Shown in pieces: positions 53,874 through 62,267 of a stretch of DNA of 64,000 nucleotides; position 1 is the first letter of the stretch, and the number at the start of each line of letters is the position of its first letter. The notes beneath the pieces were generated by a model. That model was not told the DNA's origin, searched no databases, and saw only the letters and a list, made by a program, of their open reading frames with translations. The stretch spans positions 160,001 to 224,000 of the forward strand of contig CAWIIV010000006.1 in NCBI GenBank assembly GCA_963836205.1. Reading direction: 5' to 3'. The translations under genes were made by a program, and so were the position numbers. This DNA is from an uncultured Acidimicrobiia bacterium. Its GTDB lineage: Bacteria; Actinomycetota; Acidimicrobiia; Acidimicrobiales; AC-14.

Positions 53874-54397
53874 GTCCGAGACGGTTGGCGACGCTGTTCG
53901 GCGTGGCGGTGATGGCCGCCGCCGGCCTGTACTTCTTCGTCTACCTCTGGCGGTGGGAGTGGAACCGGGCCCTCGTCGCCGGTGTCCTCTTCGTCGCGGC
54001 CGAGGTGGCCATGCTGACGGTGGCCGTCCTCGAGCGCATCCGCCGCCTGAGCGACCACGTCGATGCCCAGCTGGACAAGGGCTTCGACCGCCAGGTCCTC
54101 AACCGGATCCACCAGTCGGCACCGCCGGCCCACGACCACTTCGCCTGGCTCTCCCCCACCCGCGGCCACACCAACGTGTTCGTGCCTGTCCTCATGGGGA
54201 TGGGCGTGGTCATGTCGGCCCTGGCCTGGCTGGTCGAGCGGGTGGCCCGAGCCACCGCCGCCCCGGCGTTGGAGCGGGGCCTGGCCGGCCGCATGAACAC
54301 CCTGGCCTGGCCCAAGGGCGGGCTGCTCGTGCCCCTGCCGGTCGACGAGCCGTCGGAGCTGCTCGCCCGGCCCGTCCGCCGGGAGTTGCACCCGTGA
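53870..54397 (+). CDS. Membrane protein
   Basis: YLWRWEWNRAL and FVPVLMG motifs; coupled by ATGA overlap. Confidence 0.75.
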   Translation: MSPRRLATLFGVAVMAAAGLYFFVYLWRWEWNRALVAGVLFVAAEVAMLTVAVLERIRRLSDHVDAQLDKGFDRQVLNRIHQSAPPAHDHFAWLSPTRGHTNVFVPVLMGMGVVMSALAWLVERVARATAAPALERGLAGRMNTLAWPKGGLLVPLPVDEPSELLARPVRRELHP

Positions 54398-54792
54398 AGC
54401 GGGCCGCCTTCGTCCTCCTGGCGATGGCCGCCCTGGCCGTGTTCGTCGACGTCCTGGGCGACCTCACCCAGGACCGCCCCGATCGGGTGCAACCGGGGAC
54501 GCAGAGCGAGATCGTCCTCCAGCTCCGCGCCAAGGACTACCTGGGCTCGGCTCTGGGCGCGGCCCAGGGCCTCTGGGGCGCCTGCTCCGGCACCGTCACC
54601 CAGCAACTGGTCGACCCGGGCGTGGTCGACCTCGGCGGAGGCCAGTTCCGGCTCCTGACCGATCGGGCGATCGGCGAGCATTCGTGGCGCCGCCTGCAGG
54701 GCTGCCTGGAGGACGCCACCATCGACCGGGTGACGGCCGAGGTGGTGGCCAAGCGCGACGTCCTGCTCACCGCCGAAGCCGCCGCTAGCTGA
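54394..54792 (+). CDS. Small exported or membrane protein
   Basis: N-terminal TM helix; LWGAC and RRLQGCLEDAT motifs; GTGA overlap. Confidence 0.7.
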   Translation: MKRAAFVLLAMAALAVFVDVLGDLTQDRPDRVQPGTQSEIVLQLRAKDYLGSALGAAQGLWGACSGTVTQQLVDPGVVDLGGGQFRLLTDRAIGEHSWRRLQGCLEDATIDRVTAEVVAKRDVLLTAEAAAS

Positions 54793-55480
54793 CGCGGGTC
54801 CAGATCCGGCGGGGGGCGTCGAGCACCCGGCTGACGGCGGTGAGGAGGGGGTTGGGGCGGTCGACATCGCCCTGGTCGAGCCCGAACACGAACGCCAACT
54901 GCTCGAGGCTGGGTGGCCCCACCGCCAGGTTGCGACGAAGGGCGGCGGTGCCGAGGCCGCCCTGGTCGACAAGGTAGGCACCCACCATGGTGCCGGTGCG
55001 CCCGACGCCCGCCCCGCAGTGGACGAACACGGTGCCGCCCGCCTCCTGGGTGGCGGCCAGGAACTGGGCGACCTTGTCGGACGACGGCGCCTGGCCGTCG
55101 CGGATCGGGATGCTCACCAGCTGCATACCCAGCTCCGACACCAGGCGGGCGTCGGCGCCCAGCCCGTCCTCCGCCCGGAGGTCGACCACGGTGGTGACTC
55201 CTGCCGCGGCCAGGTTGCGATAGCCCTCCTCCGACGGTGCCCCGCCCCGCCACAGGTGGCCGTCGACGGCGGTGAGGTTGGAGATGCCGGCGACGTTGTC
55301 GATCGGGACCGCCGACATCGTGCCCTGGGCCCACCACGAGGCGGCGGCGATGGCGAGGTTGCCGAGGACGAGGAAGGCGGCCATGCCGGCCACGAGCTTG
55401 GTCCCGAGGACCGCGACGCGTCTGAACGAGCTCAGGGCTTTCCCTCCACTTGGGGCAACGCTGTCAGCCGGGGCCGGCAA
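54785..55480 (-). CDS. Dual-specificity/tyrosine phosphatase with N-terminal TM or signal
   Basis: VVDLRAE and HCGAGVGRT (CX5R) motifs. Confidence 0.9.
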   Translation of the reverse strand: MPAPADSVAPSGGKALSSFRRVAVLGTKLVAGMAAFLVLGNLAIAAASWWAQGTMSAVPIDNVAGISNLTAVDGHLWRGGAPSEEGYRNLAAAGVTTVVDLRAEDGLGADARLVSELGMQLVSIPIRDGQAPSSDKVAQFLAATQEAGGTVFVHCGAGVGRTGTMVGAYLVDQGGLGTAALRRNLAVGPPSLEQLAFVFGLDQGDVDRPNPLLTAVSRVLDAPRRIWTRVS

Positions 55481-55528
55481 CAGTCAAAATTCGATCAACA
55501 ACCTCATCGGCACGAGGTGCCGAAGGCC

Positions 55529-56053
55529 TTAGCCGTTCTCTTTCCCCGGCCACGCCGTCCGAACCCGGGCGAGGGTCTCGGGGAGCGACTCCGGCAGCAC
55601 CCGGGTCTCGGCCACGGTGGTCATGAAGTTGGTGTCGCCGTCCCACCGGGGGACGCAATGGAGGTGGAAGTGGGCGGGGATGCCTGCCCCCGCCGGCCGG
55701 CCCAGGTTGGCGCCCAGGTTGAGGCCGTGGGGGTGGTAGGCGGCCTTGAGGGCGGCCACCGCGGCCACGACGGTCGACCACAGGGCGGCCCCCTCGTCGA
55801 AGTCGAGGTCCTCCACCTCGGCCACGTGCCGCACCGGCATCACCAGCAGATGGCCGGACGTGTAGGGGTAGGCGTTGAGGACGGCCGCCACCCGGTCGTC
55901 GCGCCACACCACGTTGGTCTCCTCCGGGGGACCGTCGCTGGCCAGGATGCGGCAGAAGACGCACGCCTCCTGCGACCGGTCGTCGGGATCCTCCTCGGCG
56001 GCCCGGGTGACGTACTCCCGCCGCCAACCGGCCCACAGCCGCTCGAGCGTCAC
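55529..56053 (-). CDS. HIT-family hydrolase (Ap4A phosphorylase-like)
   Basis: CVFC, LNAYPY.SGH and HFHLH.VPRW.GD motifs; downstream of thrS. Confidence 0.93.
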   Translation of the reverse strand: MTLERLWAGWRREYVTRAAEEDPDDRSQEACVFCRILASDGPPEETNVVWRDDRVAAVLNAYPYTSGHLLVMPVRHVAEVEDLDFDEGAALWSTVVAAVAALKAAYHPHGLNLGANLGRPAGAGIPAHFHLHCVPRWDGDTNFMTTVAETRVLPESLPETLARVRTAWPGKENG

Positions 56054-56077
56054 TCCGCGACGATCACGACGGGACGA

Positions 56078-58015
56078 TCACGACTTGGTGGCGACCTCGT
56101 CGGACAGCCGGGCCAGGAAGTCGTCGACGGCCACGCCCCGCTCCACCTCGCCGCCCCGGGGGTTCACGCCGACAGTGCCGGCGGCCACGTCGGCGTCGCC
56201 CACCACCAGGACGTAGGGCAGCTTCTCCAGCTTGGCCCGCCGGATGCGCCCGCCCAGGGGCTCGTCGGCCGCCACCGTGTCGACCCGCAGGCCGGCCGCC
56301 TTCAACTTCCCCACGACCGAGTCGGCGTACGGCTGGTGGTCGTCACGCACGGCCAGCACCCGGGCCTGCACCGGCGACAGCCAGGCCGGCAGGGCGCCTG
56401 CGTAGTGCTCGAGGAGGATCCCGAAGAAGCGCTCGACCGACCCGAAGAGGGCTCGGTGGATCATGAACGGCCGGTGCCGCTGGTTGTCGGCGCCGACGAA
56501 CTCCATGTCGAAGCGCTGCGGCATCTGGAGGTCGACCTGGAGGGTGGAGATCTGCCACCGCCGGCCGATGGCGTCCTTGACGTGGACGTCGATCTTGGGG
56601 GCGTAGAAGGCGCCCTCCCCCTCGGCCAGCTTGTAGGGGATGCCCACCCCCTCCAGCGCCTCCCGGAGGGCGTCGGTGGCCACGTCCCACTCCTCGGGCT
56701 CGCCCACGAACTTGTCGGGACGGGTGGCCAGCTCGGCCTCGAAGTCGGTCAACCCGAAGGTGGCCAGGATGCGCAGGACGAAGGCCAGCAGCGAGGTCAG
56801 CTCGCCGGCCAGCTGGTCGGGGGCCACGAAGATGTGGGAGTCGTCCTGGGTGATGCCCCGGACGCGGGTGAGGCCGTGGAGCACGCCCGAGCGCTCGAAG
56901 CGGTACACCGTCCCCAGCTCGAACAGCCGCAGAGGCAGCTCCCGGTACGACCGGGCCTGCGACTTGTAGATGAGGATGTGCATGGGGCAGTTCATGGGCT
57001 TGGGGTAGTAGGTGGCGCCCTCCATCTCCATGGGCGGGTACATGCCGTCGGCGTACCACCCGAGGTGGCCGGAGATCTCGAAGAGGGTGGACTTCGACAG
57101 GTGGGGCGTGAAGACGAAGTCGTAGCCGGCCTTCTCGTGTTCCTCCCGGGAGAAGTCCTCCATGAGCTTGCGGATGAGCCCGCCCTTGGGGTGGAAGACG
57201 GGCAGGCCGCCGCCGATCTCGGGCGGGAAGTGGAACAGGTCGAGCTCGAGCCCGAGTTTGCGGTGGTCGCGGCGCTCCGCCTCTTCAAGCCGGTGGAGGT
57301 GCTCGGCCAGGGCCTTGTCGGACTCCCAGGCGGTGCCGTAGATGCGTTGGAGCTGGTCGCGGTGCTCGTCGCCCCGCCAGTAGGCGCCCGACACCCGCAT
57401 CAGCTTGAACGAGCCCAAGCGCTTGGTCGTCGGGACGTGCGGTCCCCGGCACAGGTCGGCCCACCCGTTGTTCTTGTACACGCTGACCGCGCCGCCCTCG
57501 GCCCCCTCGGCCGGGTCGACGCCCTCGATGATCTCCACCTTGAACGGCTGGTCGGCGAAGCGGGCCAGACCCTCATCCCGGGACAGCTCCTCCCGGACGA
57601 AGGGCTGGTCCTCGGCCACGATCTCCCGCATGCGGGCCTCGATGCGGACGAGGTCGTCGTCGGCGAAGTGGGCTCCGCCGGGGAGGGCGAAGTCGTAGTA
57701 GAAGCCGTCCTCGATGGCGGGACCGATGGCGTACTTGGCCCCCGGGAAGAGGTCGGTGACGGCCTGGGCCATCACGTGGGCGGTGGAGTGGCGCAGGACG
57801 TAACGGCCCTGGTCGGTGTTGGTCGTGACGATGGCGACGGTGGCGCCGTCGGGCAGAGGGGTGGTGAGGTCGACCTGGCGGCCGTCGACAGTGGCGGCCA
57901 CCGCCGCCTTGGCCAGGCCCCGGCCGATGCTGGCGGCCAGGTCACCGGCCGTCGCCCCCCCGGGCAGGGTGCGGGCGGAACCGTCGGGCAGCGTGACTGA
58001 AATCTCTTCCGGCAT
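56078..58015 (-). CDS. thrS: Threonine--tRNA ligase
   Basis: TGS domain; RHSTAH, DLCRGPH, RDHRKLG, KPMNCP and IHRALFGS motifs. Confidence 0.99.
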   Translation of the reverse strand: MPEEISVTLPDGSARTLPGGATAGDLAASIGRGLAKAAVAATVDGRQVDLTTPLPDGATVAIVTTNTDQGRYVLRHSTAHVMAQAVTDLFPGAKYAIGPAIEDGFYYDFALPGGAHFADDDLVRIEARMREIVAEDQPFVREELSRDEGLARFADQPFKVEIIEGVDPAEGAEGGAVSVYKNNGWADLCRGPHVPTTKRLGSFKLMRVSGAYWRGDEHRDQLQRIYGTAWESDKALAEHLHRLEEAERRDHRKLGLELDLFHFPPEIGGGLPVFHPKGGLIRKLMEDFSREEHEKAGYDFVFTPHLSKSTLFEISGHLGWYADGMYPPMEMEGATYYPKPMNCPMHILIYKSQARSYRELPLRLFELGTVYRFERSGVLHGLTRVRGITQDDSHIFVAPDQLAGELTSLLAFVLRILATFGLTDFEAELATRPDKFVGEPEEWDVATDALREALEGVGIPYKLAEGEGAFYAPKIDVHVKDAIGRRWQISTLQVDLQMPQRFDMEFVGADNQRHRPFMIHRALFGSVERFFGILLEHYAGALPAWLSPVQARVLAVRDDHQPYADSVVGKLKAAGLRVDTVAADEPLGGRIRRAKLEKLPYVLVVGDADVAAGTVGVNPRGGEVERGVAVDDFLARLSDEVATKS

Positions 58016-58061
58016 GATGGTCCGAGGTTACCGGCGGGCGTGGCGGGGTCCGTCTGAGCAA

Positions 58062-58685
58062 CTGGCATCCATCGGGGACCGGTTCGAGTATCGCAACGTG
58101 GGGGTGGACGGGGACGGCGGCCGGGCCATCGTGGCCGGATTCTCGGCCCGCATCCCGGCGGATGGGCTGACGGCGATGGTGGGGCCGTCGGGGGCGGGGA
58201 AGACCACCCTCCTCCGCCTGCTCAACCGGCTCGACGACCCCGACCGGGGCGAGGTCGTCTTCGACGGCCACGACGTGCGCTCCTCCGACGTCATCGCCCT
58301 CCGCAAGCGGGTGCAGTACGTGGGCCAGGTGCCGGTGACGTTCCCGGGGACCGTCGCCCAGAACCTCGGTCCGGGGGCCGACGTGGCCGCCATTCTGGGG
58401 CGGGTTGGCCTCGACCCGGCCCTGGCCGGGCGGGTGGCCGACCGGTTGTCGGTGGGCGAGGCCCAGCGCAGGTGCCTGGCCCGGGCCCTGGCATTGGCCC
58501 CCGAGTGCCTGCTGCTGGACGAGCCCACGTCGGCGTTGGACGCCGGCTCCAAGGCCGGGATCGAGGTTCTGGTCCGCTCGCTGGCCGACGACGGGCTCAC
58601 CGTGGTCATGGTCACCGACGACCGCCGCCAGGCCGAGGAGGTGGCCGACCGCATGCTGGTGGTCGCGCCCGCGCCACCGTCATGA
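58062..58685 (+). CDS. ABC ATP-binding protein (FetA-like), start uncertain
   Basis: GPSGAGKT, LSVGEAQR and DEPTSALD motifs; H-loop reads VTDD. Confidence 0.75.
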   Translation: MASIGDRFEYRNVGVDGDGGRAIVAGFSARIPADGLTAMVGPSGAGKTTLLRLLNRLDDPDRGEVVFDGHDVRSSDVIALRKRVQYVGQVPVTFPGTVAQNLGPGADVAAILGRVGLDPALAGRVADRLSVGEAQRRCLARALALAPECLLLDEPTSALDAGSKAGIEVLVRSLADDGLTVVMVTDDRRQAEEVADRMLVVAPAPPS

Positions 58686-59086
58686 CCGACCTCAGCGGGC
58701 GCATCTCCATCGCCGACGTGGGCCTGTCCCTGCTCCTGGTCCTGGTGGCGGTGGTCGTCTCCCGCACCCGCAAGGCCGACCTGGAGCGCGACATCGTCGT
58801 CGCCACCTTCCGCTCGTTCGTCCAGCTCCTGGCCGTGGGCTTCGTCCTGGACTTGTCTATCGGCGGCCAGACCAAGGTGGTGGGCCTGGTCGCCCTGCCC
58901 GGGGCCATGACCGGGATGATCCTGGCCGGAGCGTCGCCGACGGCGGCCATCCGCCTGCAACTGGTGGTGATGTACATGCTCCTCGGCGGCAACGCCTTCG
59001 CCGCCCTGGTCGCCGGCCAGCTCACCGTCCGCCGCCTGTTCACGGCCGACCACCAGCTCATCCGCTCGCTCTCGCGCAACGGCTGA
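58682..59086 (+). CDS. UPF0014/FetB-like permease, internally deleted
   Basis: RSFVQLLAVGFVL joined directly to GLVALPGAMTGMILAG.SP..A...Q; only 134 aa. Confidence 0.7.
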   Translation: MTDLSGRISIADVGLSLLLVLVAVVVSRTRKADLERDIVVATFRSFVQLLAVGFVLDLSIGGQTKVVGLVALPGAMTGMILAGASPTAAIRLQLVVMYMLLGGNAFAALVAGQLTVRRLFTADHQLIRSLSRNG

Positions 59087-59635
59087 TCAGCCCAGGAGCC
59101 CGCGCTCGCCCTTCAGCGTCACTTCCACCTGTCGGGGAGCGTTGGACGCGGCCACCGCCAGCTTGGCCGCAAACTCCCCGGGCTGGGGCGCGGCAAAGGT
59201 CACCGTGATGTCGCAGCTGCGACCGGGCGCCAGCGTCGAGTTGCAGTCATCGTCGGCGACGGTGAAGGCGGCCTCCCCCGAGCCGGAAAGGTCGGGGGCC
59301 CGAATGGTGAGGGGGATGTCGCCCGTGTTGCGGACGGTGATCGTGGCTTCCTTCGTCTTCAGGGGCTCGAAGGTGATCGACTGCGGCTCGACCTCGAACT
59401 CCCCGACGCGAGTGGTGGCCGTCGACGGCGACGAGGTGGTCGTCGCCCCCCGCACGGTAGGCGAGGTGGTGGTGGCCACACCGTCGGTGGACGAAACGGA
59501 CGCCTTGTCGTCGTCGCCGCCGATCCATCCCGCCTGCACCGAGATGCCCAGCAGGCCGACGATGGCGGTCACGATGGAGGCGATTCCGGTGACGACGCCG
59601 GGCATGGTCGACCAGTAGGACTTCCCGTCACTCAT
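59087..59635 (-). CDS. Membrane protein with an Ig-like (choice-of-anchor D/ASH-like) domain
   Basis: TM helix, Thr-rich linker, TVRNTG..PL and C..TLAPGRSC.I.V.F motifs. Confidence 0.7.
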   Translation of the reverse strand: MSDGKSYWSTMPGVVTGIASIVTAIVGLLGISVQAGWIGGDDDKASVSSTDGVATTTSPTVRGATTTSSPSTATTRVGEFEVEPQSITFEPLKTKEATITVRNTGDIPLTIRAPDLSGSGEAAFTVADDDCNSTLAPGRSCDITVTFAAPQPGEFAAKLAVAASNAPRQVEVTLKGERGLLG

Positions 59636-59805
59636 CTCCTCCGACCCTAACGGCCGGATCCGGGGGGTCGTGACGCACGCGCCGGATTCCGCCGGGCCCA
59701 CGGCGAGCGATTGGCGCGGGAGCCCCAGCGGAGGGGGTGCTCGTGGCGATCGCTCGATGGTGGGACGCCGCGCCGGGTGTCGCAGGCGATCGGTAGGCTC
59801 CGGGC

Positions 59806-60366
59806 ATGGCCGTCGCCGTGGGGCGCATGAGCGCCCAGGACTACCTCGCGACTCCCGAGAGCCGCCCTCGTCACACCGAGTTGATCGACGGGACGGTCGT
59901 GGTGAGCGAACCGAGATTGCCCCACGCTCGGGTCCAAACCGAGCTCGTCTACCGGCTCCGCCTCTGGATCGACGGTGGCGAGGGGCGGGGCTACGTGAGC
60001 ATGCCCTCCGACATCGTGATCGACGAGACCAACGTGTTCGCCCCCGACGTCTGGTGGGTGGGCGAGCATCGCCGGCCGACGCTCGACCAGCTCGACCTCG
60101 AGGGCCTGCCCGACCTGGTGGTCGAGATCCGCTCGCCGTCGACGTGGGCCCGTGATCTTGGGGTCAAGCTTCCCCGCTACGAGGCCGCCGGTGTCCCTGA
60201 GGCGTGGTTCGTCGACACCGAGGCCCGGACCGTGCTCGTGTTCCGCCGCTCGCAGCCCGACGCCGCCGAGTTCGACGTCGCGCTCGAGGTCGGCGTCGAA
60301 CAGGAGCTCACGTCGCCGTTGCTGGACGGGTTCGTCCTCCGGGTGGGGGCGATCTTCGGCGGCTGA
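59806..60366 (+). CDS. Uma2-family (PD-(D/E)XK) endonuclease
   Basis: ELIDG, PDV, PDLVVEIRSPST and K..RY..AGVPE.W.VD motifs. Confidence 0.92.
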   Translation: MAVAVGRMSAQDYLATPESRPRHTELIDGTVVVSEPRLPHARVQTELVYRLRLWIDGGEGRGYVSMPSDIVIDETNVFAPDVWWVGEHRRPTLDQLDLEGLPDLVVEIRSPSTWARDLGVKLPRYEAAGVPEAWFVDTEARTVLVFRRSQPDAAEFDVALEVGVEQELTSPLLDGFVLRVGAIFGG

Positions 60367-60372
60367 CCGGGG

Positions 60373-61494
60373 TCAGTCGCCGGTGACCACCACGCCCAGC
60401 ATGGCGGCGGCCTGGCTGATCCCGTGGCCGGCAGCGGCGGCCTCGTCGACGGCGGCGATGGCCCGGGGGAAGTCGAGGTCGTCGTCGATCGCCTCGCGCA
60501 CCGCGTCGAGGGCGTCGTCGCCCGTGCCTGTCGCCCGCCACCGGGCCAGGCGTTCGGTGGCGGCCGGGAGCAGGCCGTCGTGCCACGACCACGGCGCCCG
60601 GTAGGAGTGGTCGAGGATGGCCAGTCGCACCGCCATCGGGTCCCACTCCCTGACCAGCTCGCTCACGAACACCAGGTTGCCCAGCGACTTCGACATCTTG
60701 ACCCCGTCGAGCTCCACCATCGGGGCGTGCAACCACCGGCGGACGAACCGTTCGCCGATGGCGGCCTCCGACTGGGCCGCCTCGCACTCGTGGTGGGGGT
60801 AGATGAGGTCGCTGCCCCCGCCGTGGAGGTCGATGCTCGTGCCCAGCTCCCGCAGGGCCAGGGCCGAGCACTCGATGTGCCAGCCGGGCCGTCCCGGTCC
60901 CCACTGCGACGGCCACGAGGGCTCGTCCGGCGCCGACGGCTGCCAGAGGACGAAGTCGAGGGGGTCTCGCTTCACCGGATCGTCGACGTTCCCGCCCCGC
61001 TCGGCCGACAGCTTCAGCATCTCGTCCCGGTCGAGGTGGCTGACCTGGCCGAAGCGGTCGAACGAGGCCACGTCGAAGTAGACCGCCCCGCCCGCCGGGT
61101 AGGCGTGGCCCCGGTCGAGAACCATGCCGATGAAGCCGAGGATGTCGTGGATGGCGGAGGTGGCCCGAGGCTCGCTGAAGGCGGGCAGCATGCCCAGGGC
61201 CTTCATGTCGGCGTCGAACCTGGCCACCTCCCGGGCGGCCAGGGCGAGGTAGTCGATCCCCAGCTCGCGGGCCTTGCGCAGCAGGTCGTCGTCGACGTCG
61301 GTGACGTTGCGCACGCACAGGGTGCGGTGGCCGATGTCGCGCAGGCGGCGCTGGAGGACGTCGTAGAGCAGGTAGGTGGCGGCGTGGCCGACGTGGGTGG
61401 CGTCGTACGGCGTGATCCCGCACGTGTACATGGTGACGACCGGGCCGGGCGAGAAGTCCACCACCTCCCGGCGAGCGGTGTCGTAGAACCGCAC
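60373..61494 (-). CDS. mshC: MshC-like cysteine ligase (CysRS catalytic core without anticodon domain)
   Basis: YTCGITPYDATHVGH, NVTDVDD, GRPGWHIECS, HHECE and KMSKSLGN motifs; 373 aa. Confidence 0.8.
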   Translation of the reverse strand: MRFYDTARREVVDFSPGPVVTMYTCGITPYDATHVGHAATYLLYDVLQRRLRDIGHRTLCVRNVTDVDDDLLRKARELGIDYLALAAREVARFDADMKALGMLPAFSEPRATSAIHDILGFIGMVLDRGHAYPAGGAVYFDVASFDRFGQVSHLDRDEMLKLSAERGGNVDDPVKRDPLDFVLWQPSAPDEPSWPSQWGPGRPGWHIECSALALRELGTSIDLHGGGSDLIYPHHECEAAQSEAAIGERFVRRWLHAPMVELDGVKMSKSLGNLVFVSELVREWDPMAVRLAILDHSYRAPWSWHDGLLPAATERLARWRATGTGDDALDAVREAIDDDLDFPRAIAAVDEAAAAGHGISQAAAMLGVVVTGD

Positions 61495-61498
61495 CGGC

Positions 61499-62152
61499 CT
61501 AGGCCTGATGTATCGGGTCGATGCCGGTGAGGCGGAGGCTGGCCTTGCGGAAGCGGACGAGCACGGCGGTGAAGGCCTCCACCGTCCCCGCCATGGCCAG
61601 CGAGCCGGCCGACAGGGGGCGCAGGCCGGGGATGGCCCGCACCAGGGCCGACGTCGCCTCCAGGGCCTCGGGGTGCTCGGTGCAGATGAGGACGTCGCCC
61701 TCCATCACGTGGTCGAGGTGGCCCAGCTCCTTGGCCGGGACGTGCTGGAAGGCGGCCGCCACCAGGGCGTCGGGCGCCGCCGCCTGCACCGCGGCGGCCA
61801 CCGATCCCGCCGGCAGGTGCACCGGCAGCAGCTCCCGGCCCACCTTGGCCAGGGCGTTGCCCATGGAGACGACGACCTTGCCCCCGAGGGCGTCGACCAC
61901 CGAGGCCACCGTGGGCTCGGCCGCCTCCCACTGCGTGGCCACGACCACCAGGGACGACTTGGCCGCCCCCTCGTTGGTGGACGGCTCCAGGCTCAGGGTG
62001 TACCCCGGCCACCGGGTGCGCAGCTCGTCGCAGACGGCCGCCGCCTTGTCGTGCGACCGGGAGCCGACGACCACGTCGTACCCCACCGCGGCCAGGCGGA
62101 CGGCGAGTGCCCGCCCGGCGGGGCCCGTGCCCCCGAGGATTCCGACGTCCAT
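61499..62152 (-). CDS. npdG: NADPH-dependent F420 reductase
   Basis: GGTGPAGRALA, GSRS..KA and AAFQHVPA motifs. Confidence 0.85.
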   Translation of the reverse strand: MDVGILGGTGPAGRALAVRLAAVGYDVVVGSRSHDKAAAVCDELRTRWPGYTLSLEPSTNEGAAKSSLVVVATQWEAAEPTVASVVDALGGKVVVSMGNALAKVGRELLPVHLPAGSVAAAVQAAAPDALVAAAFQHVPAKELGHLDHVMEGDVLICTEHPEALEATSALVRAIPGLRPLSAGSLAMAGTVEAFTAVLVRFRKASLRLTGIDPIHQA

Positions 62153-62267
62153 CCCGCCAGACTGGCACGAACCGGCGGTCGTGTCGCAACCCGGACCCGC
62201 CTGACCCTCCGGGGGACCTGGTGGGCGCGCAGTTCGCCGATCGATCATCGATGGGTACAACAGGGCC

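Noticed and set aside
60373-61494. CysRS-like enzyme as a dedicated synthetase for the aberrant tRNA-Cys
   Set aside because: It lies 26 kb away in core-gene context, and its motifs and length fit MshC of mycothiol synthesis.
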